Of a DNA stretch of 64,000 bases, positions 38,705 through 51,117 are shown piece after piece (positions within the stretch are counted from its first letter, which is position 1; every line of letters starts with the position of its first letter). The DNA is from Botryllus schlosseri. Lineage: Eukaryota. A program made the position numbers and the translations under genes. The notes beneath the pieces are model-generated. The model worked only from the letters and a program-made list of their open reading frames with translations. It had not been told where the DNA came from and searched no databases. The DNA is taken from positions 1,242,001 to 1,306,000 of the forward strand of contig CM119371.1 of NCBI GenBank assembly GCA_051294905.1, in the 5' to 3' direction.

Positions 38705-39906
38705 TTGCCTATCACCTGGTCGTAACTCGTAACCACCAGCTCAGTGGTCGTAACACACCAGGATCGTGTACGAAACACTTTCGGACGGCCTATCGATTTG
38801 CGTAATCTCTAACTCTACCATGAAATCATAACGCATGCTACTAAGGATGACCTGATAATTGATTCGTGGCATAGGGACGATTCTTAGTTCACGTACATTA
38901 TGTAAAATAATCCTTTGATTAAAAAAAATGAATAAAACATTTGTTACCACACTTCAAGTCACGGCTCACCGGCAAACCTCTGGCGGCACCTACGTTAAAA
39001 TCACTGTTGTCGGGAAATTCATGAGACCATCATATTAAAGTTACTTTTTTACGTTGGAAAACGCCATTGTGACGTCATGTTGATAAAAGTCGCTCGCAGC
39101 CCTTGCCCCACCACCCGATATTGTCACGAGCCGCCACTGCCTGTGGCGAATGGTGACAAAGTTTTTCGACCTATCTAAGTTAGCCTACTTCGTGTATTTT
39201 GAGCATTTTGTTTATTTTTCACAGAACTATAGGCATGGGATATAGGCTTTTTAAGTGGAATGCTAAGTTTGAATCGGATTAGGATTAGGACTAGGATTGT
39301 AGAATACATAATTTTTGGATCAGAAAGGATCAGATAAGGACATAGAAGTTTTGAATCCGCTCATTTCTTGTTTATTGGCGTCATGTTGCAGTAATTATAT
39401 CGTGAACATTGTTGTTATGGTATTATTGTCAGTTATACTTTCAATGTTTGAGATCATACGTGTATCAATGCATATGAATGTCGAAATATCCATTTAAATC
39501 AAGGACGAAACATGGATGCGGCGAGGTGGCATAATCGACAGCTACAAAACGTGTTGTCGGTCCGAATCCGACCGAGGTCGACTCCAGAATTCCCCTACCT
39601 AGGTGTTGGAGGTTTTTCTAGTATGGAGACCCGAGGTTTTCAGATTGTTCTGTATTTGCCATTTAGAAATTGCGTTGCGCATGGTATGGCTGGAGACCGG
39701 GTGTTGACTCAGTTCAGTGAGTAACTGAGTATGTCTCTATGTTTGGTAGCGTGAAGAATAAGTAGTTGGGAGCAGTAGCGTGAAGTAGAGGTGGTATTAG
39801 GCAATTAGGGCGAGAAGTAGTAGGTAGTTGGTCTTGTATTTGCAGACTTGAGTTAGACGTACCTGTCGGAATCTCTGCGCGGACAGTTGGCTGTGACACG
39901 GCCTAG

Positions 39907-39915
39907 ACACGGCCA
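39907..39915. other. 9-bp junction insertion ACACGGCCA between the two duplication copies
   Basis: Absent from both parental flanks (...GTTGC|CGATTTC and ...GCCTAG|TCACTG). Its first 8 nt repeat ACACGGCC at 39896-39903. Confidence 0.9.
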
Positions 39916-40605
39916 CGATTTCATGAGATTGAAAACACGGAGCACTGGATTTTCAATATTTTTGAATTTGTTTTATAAATAAAATATTGGCCTCGATACC
40001 AGCATTTCATGGACTGATATCGATAATCGGGAAGGTTTCAAATATCGGCTTCGATAATCGGTCAGGTTTATAATCCGTCGACCTCTAACTAATAGATTCG
40101 AAACTCCAGTCGTTACGCTGGAATCCACAATGCTGAGCATGTCAATAATAGCATAATTAATACTAGTGGGGACCACAGTGTTAAATTCAATAAAACTGAA
40201 TTTAATCGAAAACAGATTTTGAAAATATCAATTAAAGTTTGATCAGAGTAATGAAACCACCCCTAAATAGCACTGAAAGGTCATGAAATCGGCGTTGTTC
40301 GAGCAATCGAACCGCCACAGGACAATGACGACAACAATGGTCAAACGCGTTGCGCGACCGTTCTGAACAATGAGGGATCGCGATTAGTAATCGAAAATTG
40401 GACTCAAAGCCTGACACTCAGTTCAGAATTGAATCACTCCGATACTTGATATATGATCAGACCACACTCGCACCTAGAAACGTATATTTAAATGTGTGTT
40501 TTCTCACAGATTCATATTTTCAGTCTCGAGAGTAGCGGGAATACGATAACTTTTCGAGAAAAGTAGCCAACATCACGGAAAACTATACTCTCCGATGAGA
40601 CTCAC

Positions 40606-42048
40606 CTTCATGAAGGCTATCCGGCTTTTCATCGCAAATGATGCCGCACACGAATCTTCGGACGACCGACCATCGCTCTTTGTGCAGGTGTTTAGAGTTG
40701 AAGCTCATGAACTTTGTAAGCGTCATTTCGACTACAAAGCCCGCAGCGAGGAATTCTTGCAGACTTTGATGACAGAAGAAGAAAATGAAATCACCCTCCA
40801 AAAGATTGCAACTGAGGAGTTTGTTTCCAGGAACCTTCATCATGAGATCTTGAACTTCTTCTGTTGAAAGTCCAAACATCCTCAAATCATTTTCACGGAA
40901 TGCCACTCTCCCTTCTTTCATGCCACGATATGCCATCGCTTTCAATTTATTAACAACTCCGGCGATAACCTTAGCATTTCTAATGTTTTTCACGCTGCTT
41001 AAAGTGGATATAATTTTTTTGTAGAGTCCTGTGACGGTCTTTGGAGGAGGGTCGTTCGGATTCCTGGCCATGATCACTGCGGTTAAGACCAGAAACACGG
41101 GAATGGAAACTAAATTGATCAGCCTTGGTGACATCTTTTCCATCTTCTCCCATGCTTCATCCCCATGCTGACGTATCAGATACAGAAAAAGGTTCTTTGC
41201 GTCATCTAGGGTCAGACCAGAAAGTGTGATGATGTCGGCAGGCCGAGCTTCCGCGGGCAAATCCGAGACTTGAAATTCCCGAGAAGAGATGACAATCTTC
41301 GTATCAGCGAGTATATTATGTGAGAGGATATTGAACATGATCGTTGCTGCTTCGGCTAGAGTATAAGGATTTATGCTTTCGTCGCCATCTCTGTTGATTT
41401 TCCACATAGCCTGATCCAAGCCATCGAAAAATAAGACTGAGTCAGACTGATGTTCGAGCAACCACTGATATGCATTATCCTCATCGATCTCATTCTGAAA
41501 GAGGCCACCGAAGAGAAATTTAGATGGTTTGATCAATCCTTTATCTCGCATGCCTTTTATTTCTATATAATGTATCAATTTATACTTTAGCTGAGAGGGA
41601 CTTGCAGTGGCTTCTGTATTCGTGAGTGAATGCCCTAAACATTGTCTAGCGATTCTACGCATGAGAGTGGTTTTCCCAGATCCTGCAGACGCAACTATAG
41701 CGGTGATAGAACTGTCCCCGTTGATAAGTTGTTGCAAAACGTCATCTAGCTCGATGAATTTGTTGTCGTCAACTACTTGTCGGAGAAATCCGAATTCCTT
41801 TCTGAATTGATTTTTGACAACCTCTTTCTTTTGCCAGAAGAAGAATTTTCTTTTTACTTCGACTTCCATTCCGTGCACCTCTTCATAATTGCCTTTGAAA
41901 TATTCTGACTTAGTGACTCTTCTCATCTGGGGATGTACTTGAAAATCAGGTTTGCTGAGGTCGTCGGCGCCGATGTCTTCGAGGATTCTGTCCGCCGTCT
42001 TTTGAGACGTATTATCGTTTATGCATTTTATCAGGGTTGAAGCTTTTT
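40606..42048 (-). CDS. Duplicated NACHT exon (copy B), with no LRR exons of its own downstream
   Basis: The 511-aa ORF 40583-42118 is identical to 19630-21165 and has the same splice sites. Confidence 0.9.
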
Positions 42049-45000
42049 CTGGAAGATAAAAATATCCTTTCTTCATTATATTTATGAATAGAAATGATCG
42101 GACAAAAGCTGTTACCACTTTTTGTTAATATTTTATATGACCTAGGACCTAGGTATTCAAGAAAGATGTGGAGATTAATACTGTGAATAATGCAGAATTA
42201 AGAGGGGCACCGGCGTTCTCAACCTTTGTTCAGCCAATATTCCGGTTTTAAAACTTCATGTGGCTTATCCTAGAGTCATGGTCCTGTTCAGTGCGCGGTA
42301 ATCGCCGCCGCGGATATGCGTATTTGTCTAAAATATGTGCATTTATCTCCGACTAATCATATTTTAATTTATACCTCTATACAAAGATTGATCTACTTGC
42401 CGGCGTTAAAAAAAGTTTGTGCGGTTGTTTACAAGCAACTCCGTTGCAGCCGTCGACATGCAAATTGAATAGACTGGCTAATTTTTGAAAGATTTCAATC
42501 ATTCATTTTCAATTCATTTATCGCGTCAACGACAGGCCTGAATAATCGCATAAACAGCACGCTATGTGCGCAAAATGTAATCGCTGGCTACAGTCGCATC
42601 TCCAACAGGCCTGGTGCGCACGACGCTATCGTTTGCCTGAGAAATCACATCTATAATAGGCCGTATGCGCAAGATATCGTCGCTGGCCTGAACTATCGCG
42701 TCTCGGGCCTCGCAGGCTTTGGCTGTTATCTACTATCGTTTTGAGACAATGCCGTTCAATGTATAATGATTAGCTATGGTTATGTCATGATTGTTCAACA
42801 GTGACATAGCAAATCAGAATGAAATCGAATACGAAAACATATATAACTATTCATATACTGCGAATGTGGGATGCGTACTATACATGGGTACAGGCTTTTT
42901 ACCAGAAGTCACACGCCATTTTAAGGGTGCGTATTATACATGGTGGCCCACTATATTTGAAAAATGTGGTAGTAGCGCCATTTCCCATCTGAGCCCCACA
43001 GTACAGATCTGAACAAAAGAGGAAAATGATGCAGCACCCCACATAGAGAAACCAAATTGGAATCATCTGTTTATAACGAATGAAATTTGTTTCTGGTACG
43101 TTTCGGCGATTCAAATATATTTCCACTCCAGCGACAATCGTAATGGAATGTAGAAAAATAACTGCATGCAACAAAGTGACTGATAAAAATTGGCCCATGC
43201 CAAGATCCATCATCATTTATATCTTGCCCTAAATTTTTGAAAACACCTCCTCCATCAACTCTACCGGTTAATATGAGCACACGGGCTGAGAAAAAATGAA
43301 TGTGAATAGGAATATGACAAATTTCTAATAATAATGAGAAAATTCATAACTAAATCTTAAAATTTCTGTGTGACAATGACTATCCCAGCCTTACATGACC
43401 ACTGACCCGTCACCACTCACGATTTCGGTGTTTATAGTAAGCAGATATGTGTGAATGTTTTTGTCCTGAGGTCGCCGGAAATAGATACCAAACCGTTTTA
43501 ACATTCCAGTAGGCTGTAGGTAGGCCTATATCGCGTCCAGTTCTTAACGACTATGCCTTTGTATGAGGCCATAGTGCATGGGTAGGTACGTTAAGCATAG
43601 GCGTGTGCCTATCAGCTGGAAGTGTTGTGCCATTTAGCGAGATTCGTTTTCGCTGCACAACGGCAAGCGATCTCTCGCTGAGTGGGTTTGCAATTTTCAC
43701 GCGAACAAAATCAGGTCATTGATTGCTGTACATGCGCGATCCTCGCTGGCCTGATTTATCGCGTGAACAACAGGCCGGAACAATTGCATCTACAGCAGTC
43801 CAGGTGTACAAGATATCATCGCTGGCCTAAACAGTCACATCTGCAACAGCCTGGTCACGCACAAGACATCGTTGTTAGTCTGAAAACTATCACATCTCGG
43901 GCCTCGCAGGCTTTAGCTGCTTTGTACAATCGTTTGGAGATAATGCCGTTTAAGTCCAGAGCCAATGATTAGCGATGGTTTCGCCATGATGGTGCAGCAG
44001 TGACCTCACAAAATAAAATGACATCATATCGCCGCGAGCATACTTTAATGTGCGTAATCTATTTCCGGTAATACTAAAACACAACCATCGCTGGTTCGTC
44101 AAAACAGGAAGCTTTTATAACAAGCATATACTCATTTGCTATGCATACACTGTACAGTAGTGGTTATCAACCTTCTTGACCTCACGGACTGGTAAAACTT
44201 CAAAAAATGTTGAGGACGGTCATCCTTCAAAAATCGAAATTAACTCTAAATTCAATCAGGGTACTGGTACGACAAATGTATACAGCTCTACCAACTTACA
44301 TGTGCTATTGAAAACTACATTTAATGCTGTTGTTTTGATATTGGATATTTATACATGAATATTTTGGAGTTTCTGCAAGGTTAAGCTAGCGAAGTCCTGT
44401 TAAAAACCACGTGGTTGTGCTTGTTGGCTTTTCTCCAAAAGATATTGCTATATACCAGTGCTTTTCAACCTTTTTGAGCTCCATTCGCACTTTTTTTGTA
44501 AAATAAATTTCATTCGCACAAACTAATCGAAAATTGTTATACAAAAAGAAGACGAAGATACTTAACAACATTTTGTTCAGATGTGCAACAAATTAGCTGC
44601 CATGTAAATTAAGCTATCAAGTGTCCCATTAAAAAGGTAATTTTTTTCGCTCGTTTTGATTTCAATTATTTCACTAAAACCCTTCTCGGCCAAACAAGTT
44701 TTTGGGTTTTGTACAAAAACGTCTACTAGTGCTTGGATGGCCAGGCCTTAAAATCTGTTCTGCACTCCTATCCAAAATACAGCGTATTTTTCGCGAGTGA
44801 AAAATGCCTGCCAGCAGAAATCGTTTTGGAGAGCTGACACAAAGGTCCCTTAGGCTCCAGTTTGTCGAAAAGGAAAAGAGCTCAAATGTTTGTTTTGAGG
44901 TTTCTGCCTTATGTATTGGAACATAAGGTGCAAAAACGATCAAGGAGAGTATGTACATTGGAGCAACGGATCATAAGGTATAGCGAGCTCCAACTTCTGT

Positions 45001-48000
45001 CTGACGAGTATATGAGACGAGTAAATATACTCACGATACATACCGCCCTCATTTTATCAGCGGTTTGCTGGCCATAACTATACGTCTTCATGTGCCCCTA
45101 CGCAGAAGGAGTTGGCTCGAAATGAACGACTCTCATAGGCCTGAACTCGCTCGTTGCACATCCCTACACCAGTTCATCCCAACGGTCTTCGATTATGTTT
45201 TCCAGAAAAAAACAGTCGGACAAATCTTATCATGATTTCTCACGATAAAGCCATATTTTATGCGTGTCTCGCATATTGGCTACAGTACCCAACACAGTGC
45301 CTTGGATATGTAAAAACTATCGCAGGATTTTTTGCACTAAATTCAACAAATATTACATACATATTAACAGATAGCTCTGGCACCGTGTCGACCCAAAATT
45401 ATATACCCGTTGCGGTTCATACTTTATTACCTCGAAGGGGTAAAAATTTGCGTTACAGTTACTTGCAAATGTGAGTCTGTAATGATGGTATGTACTATAC
45501 TATTCTCTTGTCTCGCGCTAGTCGAACAGTTATTACGAAAATATGATGATTGTTTAGCGAAAGAAAGCAGAAAGTCAATTTAACGTCATTCACTACGGCT
45601 TGTGAGAGCTACGATTAGCGGTGCGTCGTAAGTTAAACAAGTTTTTAGAGTTGCGTCGCCACTACAAAAGTTACACTGACCTCAAATTTCCTGTTAGGTT
45701 TATTTGAATTATTCCAAGTCAGAAAAATTAACAATTATTCACGATTTTCATTCGCACTTTATCCGGATTTTCATTCGCACTGTTCGCACCACCTTCGTCA
45801 TTCGCACTGCAATTTTTTTCATTCGCACAAGTGCGAACCGTCACACAGGTTGAAAAGCACTGCTATACACTATTCCAGTGTTTCTTAACCTTGTCGCCAG
45901 CACCCCCAACGGGCGTTTTGGATTTTGAAGGGGGAGGAAACGCTGAGGGGGACAAGATGGGGGTTGTTGGGCTCAGGAAAGCGGTAGGGGGGCCCTGTAG
46001 AAAAAAATTGCCGCTGCAGAGAGTGCAGTAGGGACATAGTAGAGCAACATTTCCATATATCCCCAAGTTCTCATTGTAAATTAGCATTCGACAAAATCTG
46101 TAACATCTCGAAATTTTTCCTCCCACTGCGCGCGACATACATGCTGGCCTTGTTTGCAACATGTTTCCATGTATGCAGTGATTTATAATCATTAGGGCAA
46201 GTTTTGTTGCACTAAAATCGCCGAAAGCAGCTTAATTTTATCAAAGGTTACAGTAAAAAGGTGCATTTATAATTTTTGTTCAAGTATTAGGTTATGAGAT
46301 AGTCAAAAGGGACCGTTGTATAACTTAGTTTCTCCAGAGCTGACAAATTTGTTACTTCGCCATCTAACTGTCTGACGAAACCGCCGAAAATTACATTTTT
46401 AAGGCAAACAGCAAGAAAATCAAGCAATGCGGGAATAATTTCCCCAAAAAAGCCAACAGCATAGCGATTACCCCCTCCCCCTATAACAAGTCAAATAACA
46501 CAACCCAAAACCTTTCGGTCTGCAAGCTTGACCCAAGCCATTACCAAAAAAACTCACTCCTGGCGACTTCATCAAAATCAATAGGCTCTAGCCTGAAAAA
46601 GGTGACCCGGGGTAAATGTAATTTTCAGCGGTCTCGCCTTGGCGTTCGTGAAATGGGAAATTATTGTAAAATTTGACGAGAGAATTAATACAGTAATCTA
46701 TTTCTATATCGTTCGGTCACGGTCGTGCTAGGCAGGGGTAGTTGAACATGCTAGCATGCCATTGTGGCATAGATACCAGTGAGACGCAGCTAACCAGTCA
46801 GATAGCTCTTTGTTATACAAATCAATGGGAATAGAGCCATACTAGAAGTTGTTTATAGCATGTTTTTAAATCACTCCTTTACATTTGTACGCAATAGTTG
46901 ATCAAAGTTACGGTAAAAATTAGCATGAAAAATAGAAAAAAGTTGCAGAAAGTTGCACTATCAAATCCTTTCAAACAGCTTAAAACATTATAGTACATAG
47001 ATTCCGAGATTTCAAGTTTTAGAAATGGACCTTCACAATTTGAGAACTTGACATAAGTCACTTTGATTCCACGGCAACGATATATTTCCGATATTGACCG
47101 TGCCTACGGTCTCCTCTGCTAAGCAATCAACGAATTAAGTACCCACCATTGCAAAGCGATATCAATTTTCTATAAGCTGTTTCTTAGCCGTACCGTACTA
47201 ATTAGACATGACTTTCATTGCAAGATGATGATAATCCTACCTATTACTAGTGCTGGGCACAATGATTCGAGTACTCGAATCTGAATCGAGTATTAATTTT
47301 TATGATTCGAGTCGAGTAGTAAAAGACGATTTTTTCGAGTACTGAAATTATACGCTCCTCGCCACTGAAAGTTGATTGATCAACGAGGAGTTTATCAACG
47401 ATCAACGAGTTTATGCTAATTTCACTGTTGAAGCCTTGAAACCTTGATTGGCCGTATGAAACATGAAGTACAAAGCTACGAATGTTACTGGAAATTGCAC
47501 ATTTCCGAAGTCATGATCATCCCACAATATTGTCACAATGCAAGTGCAATGAAATCGGTATGGTCGAAAAAAATATCAAAGTATCCTTAATATGATGGAT
47601 AACAGGCATTATATTCTTTGTGGTCGCTTAAAAGGTACATATTCGAACTTTGACAAATAATATTCTGTTATGACGTCATAATGAGTGATACTCGATTACT
47701 CGACTCGACTCGAAGCATTTTACGTGATTCAGAATCGAATCACTCAGGTACTCGATTTTGCCCAGCCCTACCTATTAACGTGGTAGCATCTTTATCGGCA
47801 GGCAGCTGTATCATTCAACAAATTGACAACTGACAGCCTATAACACGTTTTCGCATTATGATGCAACACACAACGCCACTTGATTGAAAAATCAGGACAC
47901 CTTATTCAAAGCCTCGAATAACCATAGGGATGACCTTTTCCAACTTTCCGCGTTGCGATTAGCAGTATTTATTCACATGATTGCCATTTTTCTGGATCAA

Positions 48001-51000
48001 CAAACTTCCTTATCTTCGCCCTAAGATCGCCAATTCCCGTTAAAATACTAGCATCACCATACTACCATCACATTACCTCGGGTTAATTTCTACAAAATGT
48101 TTTGAAATAAGTATTTTATACCGCAGCGAATAACGTGTTGACATCGAAGAAAGAGGCACTGCCCCACTTTTGAAAGTGATAGTGAGAGCCATTTGTACAT
48201 TGAAGATGCTTCAAATCTCTTTGGTGAAAATGATTAAATAAATATATTTGTATATGATAGCTACAAAATTAAATCTTCAGAATAATTCTTCATCGTATCA
48301 TCAAGGATGATACTCTTTAGTGTCGCGATTCGTATCCTTACATGATGTTTTTATGAAATGGGTTGCTTTGATCGGAATACCATCATGTTGAAGTTGATGG
48401 GCCAGATGGTTTGAGCCCGTACCCTATGGTTGTTACGACAACCTAGATTTGATCCCGAATATAGCACATACAATTATCATAGCGTTAATTGGTCGAGTGG
48501 TCGTCGGGCAAGACAGCTATTTCCAATAGTGAAGTCACATAACCCAAAAATAATGACCCAACTTCGAACTCTTACCCTTCGTTTTTACTGCCGTCCTAGA
48601 AATACGGGGACGCCAGACACTGGCAATTTTCGAAAGGGCGCTGCAGGATAAAAAGTTAAGAACCACTGTAGGCTACTATAGCCTCTACCATGTGTCACTT
48701 CTGTTTAAAAGTCTGTTTAAAAGTAGCTTTCACATATAATCTGTCCGAAACGCGTTGTAAGCTACTTTTGAATAGCCCCATACCACACTCGCATGAACAC
48801 CCGAAAAATACAGCTAATTTGTTATTACAACCCAGTGCAAAATACGTCGTAAACCCCAAGCTTCTTTCATTCTCAAATTCAGATAAGAAATTTAATATAT
48901 TTGCTGGACCAGCACTGGTGAGAACCACTGCTGTACCGTAGGGCTCTTCAAAAATGACTTTTTTCTCAAATAGCACCGTTGGCTACTTGATAAAACTGTT
49001 AGGTTACCGGTATGCCTACCTAATTTAAGCCTACACGCAAAATTTGGTTCAATTCCAAGCAGTAGTCGCATTGCTACAGGAGAACAAAGTTTCTATTTAT
49101 TATATAAAAATAAATACCGTAACAAAAAATTTGAAAATTTTCTGTTCACCCCATGAAAGTGTTAGGTTGTCTGTAGAAACGATGTTCACCAAATTTGGTT
49201 CAATTCCAACCCAGTGGAAGCGGAGTTATTGCCGTCGAAAAATTTGGATTGTATTAAAATAGTATTTACGGTGGGCGCCACTATAATAAATAATTAAAGA
49301 ATTGGTCACTGTAAGTACTATTTTATTCATAATCCAAATTTTTCGACGGCAATAACTCCGCTTCCACTGGTTGGAATTGAACCAAATTTGGTGAACATCG
49401 TTTCTATAGACAACCTGACACTTTCATGGGGTGAACAGAAAATTTTCAAATTTTTGTTATTTACTTTTACATAATAAATAGAAACTTTGTTTTCCTGTAC
49501 CAATGCGGCTACTGCTTGGAATTGAACCAAATTTGGTGTGTAGGCTTGAATTAGGTAACCTGACAATTTTATCCAGTAGCCAGTGAGATTTGATAAAAAA
49601 AGTCATTTTTGAAGAGCCCTACTGTACAGTACATGTAGCCTACATGTACAACTGTACAGTACATGGTGTTCTGCTCGTGCAGGTTGCATGCTATATATTG
49701 GTACTGGATTTTCTTAAGAAACTACATGCCATTTTCAGGGTGCGTATTATACATGGGAGCGTAATATACATAGAAAATTACGATACCGACCAATAAACCG
49801 CGGTAACTTTGGATAATTTTTGACAATTTCGCTCTATTTCTTGGAAAGGCTACAGTCCAGGGGAGCCAAGTTTTGTGTTTTTTGGGGTTATGGAGCAAAG
49901 ATTAGAATTAACTAATACAAAATCTTTGTGGTCATAAATAAGTACCGTATTTTTGTAAATTATCTGTGACAATGTAGTTTTTTGAATGTCTTTACACTCT
50001 ATGGCTTATGAAACCTCCTAAACAAGGCTTATTTGGTAAGAGCTGATGAGAGCAGTGGCTGAAATGAAAAAAAATGATATACGTCAGGCCTATTGCTATT
50101 ACATGATTTTCACCTAATCCCCACCCCTAAAAAATAAAATTAAAATTAATACTTAGGTTCTTTATGAAGGCTGATGCCACCTTATCCATCCCCTATCTCA
50201 ATTCCCCACATGTCTTCCCCAATTGGGAATTGAAAATAACACATGGTGAGAAAATTATCCCACTGGTGGCGTCAGCAAACATTAGGCTTGTTACCGTGAT
50301 TTATTGCTGATATCAAATATTTTACTCGTCTTTAAAATATGAAACTGCTTTCCATTTTCTATGTCCTCTGATGGATATATTTTGTGGTAATTTATGCGAC
50401 ATTCAGCGGGCGTATCTTTAAGAGCATTTGATAAGTTTTAAAAGTAGCTTTCACCCGCCTACAATCTAGCGGCTGATTGCTCACCCGTTTTTCAAATATT
50501 TTGGTAAACTCTAAATTTATTTAACTTGTCATTTCACGTAAAAAGCCATCAGGCAGGTCATAACGAATAAAGTTGACGATACACTTTGAAACAGATGAAA
50601 CAGCAACTTTTCAGAGCTCTAAATATCACATTTTCCACTGTCCAAAGTTACCCCGTTCTGATAAAATATGATAGGGTAACTTTGGACATCATATTTTCTT
50701 ATACTGATCTAAGGTTGAGCCCGCTGAGATTTTAGCCACGGATGAAGACTACTTAGAGGTATCTGCAGCCGAGTTTTGAATCTATGACTATGTTTGTTTG
50801 AAATAAATTCAATAACCATTAATTTTGATGAAATTCACCACCGCCGTTAATTTATCAATGTTGGGTCTGGTTTATCTGGTGAAATGATTCCACTTTTTAT
50901 TGAGACTACTTGTGGTACTGTTGCCTTATGAAAAAGAATATTGGACTTTCAACGACAACCCTATTCCATCAATATTCAGTCAGTATCAGTATTTGGTTGT

Positions 51001-51117
51001 TATAAGATATAGAGTACCGGTAGCCTAATATTAGTATATCCTGATATGATAGCTGCAACTGCATTGTGAGGAAATGGATGCTCCGTCAATCATCTGATTG
51101 TTGATCCGCCAAAGACA

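Larger units (their letters stand above)
36196..39139. mobile_element. 2.9-kb non-autonomous hAT element, copy A
   Basis: TIR CAGTGGCGGCTCGT / ACGAGCCGCCACTG. Perfect TSD CCTGTGGC at 36188-36195 and 39140-39147. Confidence 0.92.
18963..39906. repeat. Tandem segmental duplication, copy A (20,944 bp)
   Basis: Every ORF fully inside this interval recurs with an identical translation at +20,953. Breakpoints were read directly: begins CGATTTCATGAG, ends GACACGGCCTAG. Confidence 0.97.
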
